Position numbers and translations under genes: made by a program. Source: Mobula hypostoma (lineage: Eukaryota). From it: a DNA stretch of 64,000 nucleotides. Positions within the stretch are counted from its first letter, which is position 1. The number at the start of each line of letters is the position of its first letter. Of the stretch, positions 1 to 13,140 are shown piece after piece. The stretch is taken from NCBI RefSeq assembly GCF_963921235.1, contig NC_086118.1:14758001-14822000 (forward strand), given 5' to 3'. The notes beneath the pieces were generated by a model. It searched no databases, was not told the DNA's origin, and saw nothing but the letters and a program-made list of their open reading frames with translations.

Positions 1-225
1 GTGAAGAACGGCCAATGCTTTTGAACAAGCGGATAGGCTATTGCAACTCAGTGCTGTCCTGCATTTCTGCATTGCCAGCACATCCTAGTACAGTGAAATA
101 ACTACCATAAAGCACTCCCTCAATCTCTAAACCCTTTTTTACATTTTGAAAATAACCAAAGATTGAAACAGATTTTTCTGTGCAAATATTTCCCAGTAGT
201 GCCATTGAAATAAAGTTTTTCTTAC

Positions 226-324
226 ACTTTGGTTGAACATGTCTGTCTCATGGCGAAGTTGCGTGTATTGACACAGGTGTTGCCGAATCATTTCAATCCT
301 TTCAACCTCCAACCTCTCCAGCTC
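226..324 (-). CDS. GAS7: GAS7 internal coding exon (99 nt; ELERLEVERIEMIRQHLCQYTQLRHETDMFNQS)
   Basis: Acceptor ttacag|GAG and donor AGT|gtaaga, phase 0-0. The peptide matches the C-terminal coiled-coil part of vertebrate GAS7 as recalled. The terminal exon lies outside the window. Confidence 0.93.
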
Positions 325-2387
325 CTGTAAGGTCAAATATAAACAAAAATATTACTGTGAGCACCCTAAATAATACAATTGTCTATTAACATTTACATTA
401 AATATGGTCCTTGTTTGTTTCAGAAATTGGAATGGTGCAAAGTTTTGAATATTCATTTTGATGGATATAATTCTGCATGGCCTGTTTTTCCCATGAATTT
501 ACCCCAACAAAGTGAGGAGACTGTCTAGAATTCACATCACAAATAGAATGGACAGGTTAACTCAAACGACACAGGCCAATGTTCTGAGACTTCTCTCAAC
601 CCACCCTATCTAATCCTACCAGGAGATGCTTCCATCTTTTCTTGGCCATGTATTTACCTGGTTTCTCCTTAAATACAACTATTATTTGCCTCAGTTGCTT
701 CTTTTGATAATGAATTCCACACTCTGACTTCTAGGTTTCTAATTGTGTTCTGGATAAAGAAGTCATTGAAGCTGGAGAAAGGTAATAGATCAACAGAAAC
801 CTTCTAATACTCAGCATACCTTTACCGATCCGCTATTGCCCTGAATAACATGAAGCATTTCATGGAATCCCACTCTTCATGTAGTCTCATTCATACAGAT
901 TTATGTTTCATTATATCATACATTCATTCACTTAGAATGAGCATTTAAAAGATCACATTATCTCTGCCATCACCTTGGGAGGAAATGCCACCCAAGGGAG
1001 ACAGTTAACGTGTCAAAATGATGGCTCCTCAAGCTACATTACTTCATGGTTTGCTAAGTTTAACACTCAAGTAAAGGGTAAATGATTGTGAGATGACGGA
1101 TAAATATCTCCTTTATTAATAATTCATTGGAAACATTTGCAAGCTTGATGTACGAAAAAATATTGCCATTGAAATAAAATATCAAGGGATCTTTTCGAAA
1201 AGGCGGGATCAAGCTGGTGGCCTTTTTTGAATTGTCCATCAAAGTCAAAGGACAGTAGTCTGATGATGTATTAATCTAAGCCAATCAAACTACCAGTTTC
1301 CCTCCAAGCAGGAATGATTAAAATTATCTCTGTACTGCCTAGTTTACACCTGAGAAACTTCCAAACAAGCAAATCAAAGCAAAAGATTTGTACTGTTATG
1401 CTTGAATCTATTTGAGCCTATTATTGAGTAGAATCCTTAACTTGCAAAGACAAAACATCTTTTCTTGCCAATTTTTCCTCAGACTACAGGAGGTTGCTTC
1501 CAGGTTTTGATTAACATTTTCACAGCTTCTTTTTCCAAAGATGGGAGTAAACAAGGTTCATCTAAAGGCCTGTCTTCTGGAAGCACTCTGCTAATAGCAA
1601 AAGGGCTGTCTGGCATATCCCTGGTTCAAGCACAGAATTTTAGTCTGTACAAGAAAGATAAAGATAGGTTTAATTATTCATCTAACCTTTGCAACTACTG
1701 CAGAAGCACTTTGTCAGCTCACCATCTTCCTAACAGGAAACAGATGTGAAAAGCACACCATTAGCTGCTCTCCTGAACGCAAAACAGGAACTGATAAAAA
1801 AAAATGCTTTTTATTTAACACTACCATTTGTTGCATCACAAATAATTATCCACTGACCATGGATAATTCAGAATTATCAAATGCATGCCACACAAACAGA
1901 AAATGATCAGCTAAAATTAGATTTATCAGTGCAAGTTGCATTGCCAGTGTGAATAGTACTTTTGAATCTTTACGCAGTCATTTATGTGATATCTTCTGTG
2001 GCTGCAGAGCTTCCTCAAAACCCATAACAACAAAAACGTACATTTTGCATGTCCCTGTTCTGAAGTATGAGCTACAGACTCATGTCACACAATACAAGTT
2101 TCCAGACAGAATAAAGAAATGATAGTCGGATAGTTTTGTTTTAATTTTCAATGGATGAAAATAGCTTGGACAGGACACCAGGGAGTACTCACTTGTCTGA
2201 AATTGCGCTGCGGAATTATCTCCTCCCACAGATCCAAGGTAGAATATCTCAAACTATGGACAGCTCCACCAACACATTAAATTACTGAAAACCTATGACA
2301 TTAAAGACCATTTCGCTTCACGTCAATGCTGTTCTAACAGCCATGGGCAGGTCGCAGATCTTCAGGCACACTTCTTGTTAAGCATGG

Positions 2388-5300
2388 TGGCATGGAGGGC
2401 AGTTGTGATAGGGGACTCGATAGTAAGGGGGTCAGATAGGCGATTCTGTGGACGCAGTCCAGAGACCCGGATGGTAGTTTGCCTCCCTGGTGCCAGGGTC
2501 CGGGATATTTCTGATCGTGTCCAAGATATCCTGAAGTGGGAGGGTGAGGAGCCAGAGGTCGTGGTACATATAGGTACCAATGACATAGGTAGGAAAAGGG
2601 ATGAGGTCCTGAAAGGAGAATATAGGGAGCTAGGAAGGGAGTTGAGAAAAAGGACCACAAAGGTAGTAATCTCGGGATTACTGCCTGTGCCACGCGACAG
2701 TGAGAGTAGGAATGCGATGAGGTGGAGGATAAATGCGTGGCTGAGGGATTGGAGCAGGGGGCAGGGATTCAAGTTTTTGGATCATTGGGACCTCTTTTGG
2801 CGCAGGCGTGACCTGTACAAAAAGGACGGGTTACACTTGAATCCTAGGGGGACCAATATCTTGGCAGGGAGATTAGCGAGGGCTACTGAGGTGACTTTAA
2901 ACTAGAATGGTTGGGGGGTGGGAATCAAATTAAAGAGGCTAGGCGTGAGGAGGTTAGTTCACAACAGGGGGATGGGAACCAGTGCAGAGAGACAGAGGGG
3001 TGTAAAGTGAGGGTAGAAGCAAAAAGTACTAAGGGGAAAAGTAAAAGTGGCAGGCCGACAAATCCAGGGCAAGCATTAAAAAGGGCCACTTTTCAACATA
3101 ATTGTATAAGGGCTAAGAGAGTTGTAAAAGAGCGCCTGAAGGCTTTGTGTGTCAATGCAAGGAGCATTCGTAATAAGGTGGATGAATTGAAAGTGCAGAT
3201 TGTTATTAATGATTATGATATAGTTGGGATCACAGCGACATGGCTCCAGGGTGACCAAGGATGGGAGCTCAACGTTCAGGGATATTCAATATTCAGGAGG
3301 GATAGACATGAAGGAAGGGGAGGTGGGGTGGCGTTGCTGGTTAAAGAAGAGATTAACGCAATAGAAAGGAAGGACATAAGCCGGGAAAATGTGGAATCGA
3401 TATGGGTAGAGCCGCGTAACACTAAGGGGCAGAAGACGCTGGTGGGAGTTGTGTACAGGCCACCTAACAGTAGTAGTGAGTAGTAGGAGATGGTATTAAA
3501 CAGGAAATTAGAAATGTGTGCAGTAAAGGAACAGCAGTTATAATGGGTGACTTCAATCTACATGTAGATTGGGTGAACCAAATTGGTAAAGGTGCTGAGG
3601 AAGAGGATTTCTTGGAATGTATGCGGGATGGTTTTTTGAACCAACATGTCGAGGAACCAACTAGAGAGCAGGCTATTCTGGACTGGGTTTTGAGCAATGA
3701 GGAAGGGTTAATTAGCAACCTTGTCATGAGAGGCCCCTTGGGTAAGAGTGACCATAATATGGTGGAATTCTTCATTAAGATGGAGAGTGACATAGTTAAT
3801 TCAGAAACAAAGGTTCTGACTTAAAGAGGGGTAACTTTGAAGGTATGAGACGTGAATTAGCTAAGATAGACTGGCAAATGACACTTAAAGGATTGACGGT
3901 GGATATGCAATGGCAAGCACTTAAAGGTTGCATGGATGAACTACAACAATTGTTCATCCCAGTTTGGCAAAAGAATAAATCAAGGAAGGTAGTGCACCCG
4001 TGGCTGACAAGAGAAATTAGGGATAGTATCAATTCCAAAGAAGAAGCATACAAATTAGCCAGAGAAAGTGGCTCACCTGAGGACTGGGAGAAATTCAGAG
4101 TTCAGCAGAGGAGGACAAAGGGCTTAATTAGGAAGGGGAAAAAAATTATGAGAGAAAACTGGCAGGGAACATAAAAATGGACTGTAAAAGCTTTTATAGA
4201 TATGTAAAAAGGAAAAGACTGATAAAGACAAATGTAGGTCCCCTGCAGACAGAAACAGGTGAATTGATTATGGGGAGCAAGGACATGGCAGACCAATTGA
4301 ATAATTACTTTGGTTCTGTCTTCACTAAGGAGGACATAAATAATCTTCCAGAAATAGTAGGGGACAGAGGGTCCAGAAAGATGGAGGAACTGAGCGAAAT
4401 ACATGTTAGTAGGGAAGTGGTGTTAGGTAAATTGAAGGGATTGAAGGCAGATAAATCCCCAGGGCCAGATGGTCTGCATCTCAGAGTGCTTAAGGAAGTA
4501 GCCCAAGAAATAGTGGATGCATTAGTGATAATTTTTCAAAACTCGTTAGATTCTGGACTAGTTCCTGAGGATTGGAGGGTGGCTAATATAACCCCACTTT
4601 TTAAGAAAGGAGGGAGAGAGAAACCGGGGAATTATAGACCAGTTAGCCTAACGTCGGTGGTGGGGAAACTGCTGGAGTCAGTTATCAAAGATGTGATAAC
4701 AGCACATTTGGAAAGCGGTGGAATCATCGGACAAAGTCAGCATGGATTTGTGAAAAGAAAACCATGTCTGACGAATCTCATATAATTTTTTGAGGATGTA
4801 ACTAGTAGAGTGGATAGGGGAGAACCAGTGGATGTGGTATATTTGGATTTTCAAAAGGCTTTTGACAAGGTCCCACACAGGAGATTAGTGTGCAAACTTA
4901 AAGCACATGGTATTGGGGTAAGGTATTGATGTGGATGGAGAATTGGTTAGCAGACAGGAAGCAAAGAGTGGGAATAAACGGGACCTTTTCAGAATGGCAG
5001 GCGGTGACTAGTGGGGTACCGCAAGGCTCAGTGCTGGGACCCCAGTTGTTTACAATATATATTAATGACTTGAATGAGGGGATTAAATGCAGCATCTCCA
5101 AGTTTGCGGATGACACAAAGCTGGGCGGCAGTGTTAGCTGTGAGGAGGATGCTGAGAGGATGCAGAGTGACTTGGATAGGTTGGGTGAGTGGGCAAATTC
5201 ATGGCAGATGCAATTTAATGTGGATAAATGTGAAGTTATCCACTTTGGTGGCAAAAATAGGAAAACAGATTATTATCTGAATGGTGGCCGATTAGGAAAA

Positions 5301-6043
5301 GGGGAGGTGCAACGAGACCTGGGTGTCATTATACACCAGTCATTGAAAGTGGGCATGCAGGTACAGCAGGCAGTGAAAAAGGCGAATGGTATGCTGGCAT
5401 TTATAGCGAGAGGACTCGAGTACAGGAGCAGAGAGGTACTACTGCAGTTGTACAGGGCCTTGGTGAGACCACACCTGGAGTATTGTGTGCAGTTTTGGTC
5501 CCCTAATCTGAGGAAAGACATCCTTGCCATAGAGGGAGTACAAAGAAGGTTCACCAGATTGATTCCTGGGATGGCAGGACTTTCATATGAAGAAAGACTG
5601 GATGAACTGGACTTGTACTCGTTGGAATTTAGAAGATTGAGGGGGGATCTGATTGAAACGTATAAAATCCTAAAGGGATTGGACAGGCTAGGTGCAGGAA
5701 GATTGTTCTCGATGTTGGGGAAGTCCAGAACAAGGGGTCACAGTTTGAGGATAAAGGGGAAGCCTTTTAGGACCGAGATTAGGAAAAACTTCTTCACACA
5801 GAGAGTGGTGAATCTGTGGAATTCTCTGCCACAGGAAACAGTTGAGGCCAGTTCATTGGCTATATTTAAGAGGGAGTTAGATATGGCCCTTGTGGCTACG
5901 GGGATCGGGGGGTATAGAGGGAAAGCTGGGGCGGGGTTCTGAGTTGGATGATCAGCCATGATCATAATAAATGGCGGTGCAGGCTGGAAGGGCCGAATGG
6001 CCTACTCCTGCACCTATTTTCTATGTTTCTATGTTTCTATGTT
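2388..6043 (+). mobile_element. CR1-clade LINE, 5'-truncated within ORF1: SGNH esterase, then APE endonuclease and reverse transcriptase, disrupted by a few stops and frameshifts
   Basis: ORF1 motifs GDS, PGA, HIGTND, DGLHLN. ORF2 motifs NARS, DIVGIT, YRPP, MGDFN, SDH, YRPVSLTS, GVPQGSVLGP, KFADD. (TTCTATGT)n tail at ~6018-6043. Confidence 0.95.
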
Positions 6044-6659
6044 CCTGTATCTACCAAGCTACAAGTTGCAGATCCTGACCACCATTTAAGCAATTACTTT
6101 GAAACTAATGTCCTCTGGTTTTTGACTCGCACCACCTCCTCAGCAAAGGGCTATAAATCCTTCTTCCTTGCTCTATTTCAGACCGTCTCCTCAGCCTGCT
6201 CTGCTCCAAAGCAATCTAGAATTTATAGCCTTGGCAATATTGGTACTTGTAAATTTTCTCTTAGTCTTGTCAAATTAATCACATTTCCTGTAGAGCAATG
6301 AGCAGAAATGCCTGCTTACTGGAGCTCTATGCAGTTCAAGTATTTATCTCCCTTCTCTTATATTCTGGACCTCATTTAAAAAATAAAGCATATCATATAG
6401 CTTTTTAACTACTTCATTGACCTGCTACCTTTGAGGATTTATAGATGTTCACACTTCTCTGCATCCTCCCACTCACAGTGCAGTTCATTGTCTTGTTGCG
6501 CGCCACCCCAGCTCATCATCTCACATAATTCCAGACTGAAATCCATTTCCCATTTTTCTACTTGACTAATCAGAGCACCTACATCTTCCTTCAGCTTCAC
6601 TCTGCTAGGTGCCCATTTTTGTATCATCTGCAAACTTCTTTAACATGCCATCTACACCT

Positions 6660-6990
6660 AGACCATAAGGAAGAGCAGCAGAATTAGACCAAGAATCTGC
6701 TCCACCATTTCATCATGGCTGATACACTTTCCCTCTCAGCCCCGATCTCCTGCCCTCTCCCTGTATCCCTTCATGCCCTGACCAATCAAGAATCTATCAA
6801 CTACTTCCTTAAATAAACCCAATGACTTGGCCTCCACAGTGGCCTGTGGCAACAAGTTCCACAGATTCACCACTCTCTGGCTAAAGAATTTCCTCCTCAT
6901 CTCCGTTCTAAATGGATATCCCTCTCTTCTGAGGCGGTGTGTTCTGTTCTTAAAACTCCCCCACCACAGGAAATATCCTCTCCACATTTA
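6660..6990 (-). mobile_element. CR1 3'-end fragment (different subfamily)
   Basis: ORF 6736..6987 gives FRTEMRRKFFSQRVVNLWNLLPQ, the CR1 ORF2 C-terminus. Confidence 0.8.
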
Positions 6991-7140
6991 AGTCTAAATC
7001 ATTAATTTATATGACAGAGAGCATGGGACAGGGTGGAGAGTCCTGTGAAATCCCACTAGGCACGTCTTCCAGTCACAACCTTGTTTTCTGCCACTTGGGC
7101 AGTTTTAGACCCAGTTTGCCTCTGGACTCCATGAACTTAA

Positions 7141-7448
7141 CATAGAAACATAGAAAATAGGTGCAGGAGTAGGCCATTCAGCCCTTCGAGCCTGCACCGC
7201 CATTTATTATGATCATGGCTGATCATCCAACTCAGAACCCCGCCCCAGCCTTCCCTCCATACCCCCTGACCCCCATAGCCACAAGGGCCATATCTAACTC
7301 CCTCTTAAATATAGCCAATGAACTGGCCTCAACTGTTTCCAGTGGCAGAGAATTCCACAGATTCACCACTCTCTGTGTGAAGAAGTTTTTCCTAATCTCG
7401 GTCCTAAAAGGCTTCCCCTCTATCCTCAAACTGTGGCCCCTCGTTCTG
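7141..7448 (-). mobile_element. CR1 3'-end fragment, same young family as 2388-6043
   Basis: Near-identical reverse complement of ~5730-6035, including the tail. Confidence 0.93.
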
Positions 7449-8309
7449 AAAAACTTCTACCATTTTGACCAGGCTATCCCTTTGTCACATAGTTTGTTAT
7501 AATCCACAAAGGCTACAAACACACTGCCCTCGCCCACCGTCCCAACTAGTCAGAAGTACAACATAGTCTTTTTTTCTTACTTCAATATTTTTCTTTAGGA
7601 TGTAGATTGACAATTCTTCTCAAACAAAAAATCAACAGAATCCATTCAATCACAGTAACTAACACAGTAGGCAGCTAAACACCATGAACCACAACCACAA
7701 AAAAGAAGGAGTCAACAATAAGGAGGAAGTTATGTTGGGTTCAAATCCAAAGAGCACCCATCCCTCTGCAGTGTGACTCATGAATGGGCAAGATCATTCA
7801 CTTTGCTAAAGAGGAAGGTGGAAGAATATTTATAAAGGTAATTGATTGGCTTTGACCATTTCTAAAAATTGATTTTGTTAAGAGATTTTTTTTGGTTCCT
7901 CATTCCCTGTATTACAAATTTTTTAAGTCAGTCCAATTGTTCTGCTTTTTCTTACTTGTGAGTTATAAAATATCTCTGCAGATATTAAAGGTACAGGTAA
8001 ATGGTAGAATACAGATACTAGCCAATACACGAAAAGTGGCATCAATCCAGCCCATGCAACCATTGTGGGAGTACTAGGATCTTGAATTCTAGTTGCAAAT
8101 AAAATTAAAACTCAACACATCTGAGGACTCTCCAGTGTGAGGTGACATCCACAGGTGAATGCTGCAAAATAACACAGTCCAAGGTGCAAGAGTTCAGCTA
8201 ATAGTATAGACGAAGAAAATAAGTAACTATAAAGCAAACAAGTCCAGCAGACAGGGACAGGACAGGGAGTGTGAAATGCCTGATAGGCTAAATGGTCTAA
8301 TGGACCATC

Positions 8310-9380
8310 AAAATTGGTGATATGATGGACAGTGAAGGTTGTTTAACTCAGCGGTCCCCAACCACCGGGCCGCAAAGCATGTGCTACCGGGCTGTGAGGA
8401 AACAATATGATTTGGCGATATGAAACGATATGAGTCAGCTTCACCTTTCTTCATTCCCTGTCACGCCACTGTTAAACTTGAACACCCCTCCCACCACCCC
8501 CCATCCCCCGGTCGGCCAGTCCGCAAGAATACTGTCAATATTAAACCGGTCCGAAGTGCAAAAAAGGTTGGGGACCCCTGGTTTATGATATTGATCAACT
8601 GGGATAGTGGGCATTGGAATGGCAGCTGGAATTTAACTCAGACAAGTGCAAAGTGATGCACTTTGGGAAGTTCAAGCAGAGCAGAATGGGAGGACTGTGT
8701 GTTGTGAACAGAGAGACCTGGCAATGGAAGTATATAGTTCACTGAATGTAGATGGTGAAGGCTGCATATAGCACACACACCTTCATCGAACAAGGTGACT
8801 GAGTACAAGACAGCGATGCCATCTTATCACTTGTATACAGTGGATTAGGAGCATTTTATGGAGTTCTGATTGCAGACTCCACAAAAAGGTGCAATTAATC
8901 TGGAGTGAGAGGGAAAAAATACACAGAGATGTTACCTGGATTAGAGAGTTTGAATTATAAGGAGAGATTGAAAAGGCTGGGTCTTTTTTCATTGGCGCAT
9001 AAGGTACTAAGAGGTGGCGCAATGGAGGTATATACAGTTGTGAGAGGCATACATTGGATAGGATAGGAATTTGTTTCCATTGGTAGTAATTTCAGAGGGC
9101 ATGGTTTTAAGGTGAAAGGGAGGAAGTTTAAGGAGGATCTGAGCACTTCTATTTTTTATACAAGGAGTAGTTGGCACCTGGGATGAGGTGCCAGAGGAGG
9201 TAGTGGAGGCAGGAACAGTAACAACATTTAAGAGGCACCTGGACAAGTAATTGAATGAGCATGAGCAAGGCTTGGAGGGATGTGGACTTGATGTGGGCAA
9301 GTGGGATCAGCTCCGATATACATAACGGTGGGTACAGATGCATTGGGCCAGTATGCCTGAATCAGTGCTACAGAACTCTG
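8310..9380 (+). mobile_element. Old decayed CR1 3' portion, interrupted by a MITE
   Basis: Degenerate WQLEFNSDKCKVMHFG motif and a CR1-type 3' UTR. Confidence 0.7.
8349..8580. mobile_element. hAT (Charlie-like) MITE
   Basis: TIRs cagcggtccccaacc / ggttggggacccctg. Flanks gtttaact / gtttatga form a partial 8-bp TSD. Confidence 0.8.
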
Positions 9381-10444
9381 AATTAATGCACTGAAGCAAG
9401 ATGCATGAAGGACACAGCCTAGCGTTTAGAAGCTACAGGGCGCTGAGGGCTTCTGCAGCCCGAGGGTGACTCTAACCTGTATAACAGCCGATCAAACACT
9501 TCCTAAGTGCATTGCTTAAAGTGATGGCATAAACAGCATTGGCACTTTGCAAGAGAATGTGGAAAGGTAAAGAAAGCCAAGTAGTGTTTGTATTTCCTGT
9601 ATTTATGAATAAACATATTTCTGAAACAAAAAAGCACTATAACCAACAATTTCCCCCAGATCGGAATCATGAAAACTATAACAATCTCATCATAGATGCT
9701 ATTTAAACTCTTTGAAGATGTTCCAGCAAACGTTTGCCAAGAACAGGATTCTAAGCAAGTCAGCCTGACCTGGATAAAGTATTGAGCCATGCCAGCATGA
9801 TGTGGCCTGTTCCAACCCCAAAATTTATTAGAATACACACCCAACTCAGATGTCCTGGTAGCCTAACATCAAAGAGTCAACTGAACCAGGTCCTTTCCTG
9901 TATTCAGGACCCAATACTTAAGAGTCTAGACTAAATAGTTCAAAGGCCATTCAAAATAAAGCAATACATATTACTTTACCCTCAAATTAATGCATACCGT
10001 GTATGTAGAGGCTCTGAAAAAATATCAGCTCCTTTGTCCTTATTATAATTAGTTGCATAGATCTTAATTGGGTGAGATGATAGTTGGTATGCACCCCAGG
10101 GGCTTTATACAGTCAAAATCTCTCTGAATCACTGAGATTGACAAACTGGGAGATCCTGGGAAGAAAAGAGGATCATCACGGCCTAAATGAAATCAGAGGT
10201 TTGAATTACATTCTGGCGAATGTAAACAGACAAGGAATAGCCTACTATACAAAGGAAGGATGTGTTAACAACTGGAAGAAATGGAAGGTCGAAAAGAAAC
10301 AAAATCATTAAACATAGAGGAGAAAGGCCAATCTAATCTAAATGGATCACAGCCTAACGCACCAGAAAAATGTCATTAAGATAATCCTCTCATGCCATGA
10401 ACTACATTTCACAGAGATGCATAAAGCCTAGGCCTAACCGTGTT

Positions 10445-10750
10445 GCTTGCCTAGCTGATGATGATCTTGCATCTGAATCTAGAAGTTATGGATTCGAGCC
10501 CTGCTCCACAGAGTTGGAAATGAAACATGATTGACGCTCCAATTCCACATCATTGCCTGTTGTGCAAAGGTGGAGCTTGAAATGAAACCTTACGCTGAGG
10601 TTATTCCTGCTTAGTCAGTTGGATGCAAATGAGCCCAGTGCACTATTTAAAGGAGGAAATCAAGTCATATGCCCAATTGAATGCTGCCAAAATCTAATCA
10701 TTTGATCATTCATTACTTTTGCACAGTATGGCCTCTGTAATAATAGCTCT
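10445..10750 (+). mobile_element. Ancient tRNA-derived SINE with a Deu-like central domain (related remnants near 2120-2300, 39590-39800 and 54290-54790)
   Basis: B-box-like ggattcgagccc, followed by a degenerate version of the Deu-domain-like string gatgagacgttaaaccgagg...gtggatgtaaaagatcccatggcactattt. Confidence 0.5.
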
Positions 10751-11371
10751 TCAAAATGATGGCCTTGTGGTGTTTTACTGAAAGAGTTTCAAATCATGAA
10801 ATGCACCTCTTAAATCACCAAACTCAAGTTGGATACAAGGGAAGAAAGCTTATTACAGTTTATCCATTTTGTTTTCATTAACTTCTCTCCTTCACTTGCT
10901 CTTTCGCATTGCTTGCCAAGTATTGTTCAAGCAGTAACTGTTCCTCAAATGGTCAGTACTCCCAACAAGGTAATACTGGTCAGCTAGTCATTCTCAGGAA
11001 CCAAGCATCACCCTGGGCATTGGTTGTTAACCAGATATGCAGATACTTACCCAAAATCAAAATCAAAATCATTTCATTAAGATTCAGATTGAGAAACTAT
11101 TGATTCTCTCACACTGGGGAAAACCACTTGTGCTATTTCAACATAATCTCAAGATTATTATCTGATTTTTTTTCACCTCTCCATGAATGTACCATAACAC
11201 TTTCATTTTTTGAAATCTCTGAATATCAAACATTCCTCTGAAGAGCGTATAGTCAGATGACCTGAGGAAAAGAGTGTTTTCCCAATCATTTGAATTGTAG
11301 TTTTATTACAAGAACAGTAAAACTGATTGATGTTTGCACGGTATGGGGCTGCTTGATTGATTCTTACTCAC

Positions 11372-11451
11372 CAGAGTTGTCGTGACCATCTCTTCAAACC
11401 ATTTAGATTGGGTTTGGTTGTACAGGTCTACACAGCGCATCAGTTCATCAC
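11372..11451 (-). CDS. GAS7: GAS7 internal coding exon (80 nt; (G)DELMRCVDLYNQTQSKWFEEMVTTTL)
   Basis: Acceptor ttgcag|GT and donor CTG|gtgagt, phase 1-0, compatible with both neighbouring exons. Confidence 0.93.
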
Positions 11452-11849
11452 CTGCAATTAGAAATGACATTAAGTGCTGGGTTAAAAAAGTAAACATCAT
11501 CTACATTTTCACAATGGGTTTATCACATGACCTTTTATTAAACTTTGCCACTGTTAACTGTGAACTCTTGTTTCTCTCTGTACAATGCTGCAAGTCCAAG
11601 TGTGCCCAGCACATCCCCAATTTGTACCTCTATTACAACTTACAATTACAAATTCTATACAACACTGGACAACAATGATATGCTTTCTGAATACTTTAGA
11701 GTATATCCTATGGATTTCTAGGCTGCTGATCATGAAAACCACCATGAAATTTCCCTATCACGCACCTTTTTTAAAAAAAAATTGTCTATATTTGTTAACT
11801 CAATTCATGATTCAAGTCCATTTAAATGCTGCTCACAATGTAAGCTGAA

Positions 11850-12628
11850 AAGTTTCTATCTTGTCCAGGCATGCTTAGGCGGCGGGGGGCGGGGGGGGGG
11901 GGGGAGAGGGAGGGGATGCTGCATGGCAGGACAGATTTTAGAAAGGCCATAAATTTCCGTGACGAATTTCGATATTTGTGACAGATGTTTCCCAAAGTAA
12001 CTGATGACAAGATTAAAGGTGGCATTTTTGTTGGTCCACAAATCAAACGGTTCATCAACGACAGGCAATTTGAAGAACATGTGGGATCAGAGAAGATCGC
12101 ATGGAAGACATTTGGGGGTGTTGTTGAAAATTTTCTTGGCAACTACAGAGCACCAAACTGCATGCAGCTGGTTGACAACATGCTTCAAGCATACAAAACT
12201 ATGAAGTGCAACATGTCACTAAAGATTAATTTCTGCAATGCCATTGAGACTTCTTCTGTGCAAATCCTGGCACTGTCAGTGAACGAGCATGGAGAATGAT
12301 TTCACCAAGACATTGCAGTCATGGGGAACCGGTATTAGGACAACTGGATTCCATCAGTGCTGTTTGATTATTGTTGGACACTAAGAGAGAAGCCTCAGAC
12401 ACTAAGCACAAACTAAAATCAGTATCATTTTTAGCTTAGTTGAAATACTGCAAAGTGTAGCATCATTATCCAATTAAACGCATTATATTCAATAAGAGTT
12501 GTTTTTCTCCAAATTCCTACATGATACAAGTAGTCTGAAATTATATTTGTGTTCAGCTTCAAGTGATCTATCATAAATAAAAAAAAATTCTGAGGAAGCA
12601 ATACTTTTGGGAAAATTTGTTGTCCTGT
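11850..12628 (+). mobile_element. DNA transposon 3' relic, CMC/Chapaev3-like transposase C-terminus
   Basis: KIKGGIFVGPQIK...NFLGNYRAPN...YKTMKCNMSLKINF...VNEHGE*FHQDIAVM. Ends in ...ttgtcctgtg. Superfamily assignment is from recall. Confidence 0.65.
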
Positions 12629-12789
12629 GTAATGGGCCAATTGTGTTGGACTCTACCCACCAGGTGGAATCGGCAGAGTCATCTGTCATCATATCGGACG
12701 TGAGTTCACTAGGTCACTTGTCTTCAGATGGCACAATATAAAGACTTCCCTCTACCCTTACCCCCAAAAGAACGCCCTAGCACAAGGCA

Positions 12790-13140
12790 AGTCTGCGAAA
12801 GAGCTACACAGCACAAGAACAGAGATCATTTGGTCCAATTCATCCATGCCAATAAAGCTGTCTACTTTAAGCTGGTCCCACTTCATCATGTTTGGAGCAT
12901 ATCACTCTAAACCAAGGGTTCCCAAATCCCTCAGTTAACGGTAAGGGTCCATCCAATAAAACAAGTTGGGATCCCCTGCTCTAAACCATCCCTACCCATG
13001 TACTGCCTGAATATCTTTTGAACATTATAACTATATTCTCTTCTACCACTTCCTCTGGCAGCACATTCCATGTACCTGCCACCTTCTCTGTGAAAAATGG
13101 TTCCTCAATTCACTATTAAATCTTTCCCTTCTTGCCATCT
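12790..13140 (-). mobile_element. Old CR1 3'-end fragment hosting a 66-bp MITE
   Basis: Similar to the reverse complement of the CR1 3' ends elsewhere in the window. Confidence 0.6.
12913..12978. mobile_element. 66-bp hAT-type mini-MITE
   Basis: Perfect 8-bp TSD ctctaaac (12905-12912 and 12979-12986). TIRs caagggttcccaa / ttgggatcccctg. Confidence 0.88.

Noticed and set aside
4898..5554. Antisense ORFs repeated at 46306-47010
   Set aside because: Reverse-frame by-products of the CR1 RT sequence.
11878..11915. G-rich tract with G-quadruplex potential
   Set aside because: A homopolymer expansion inside a transposon relic; no evidence of function.
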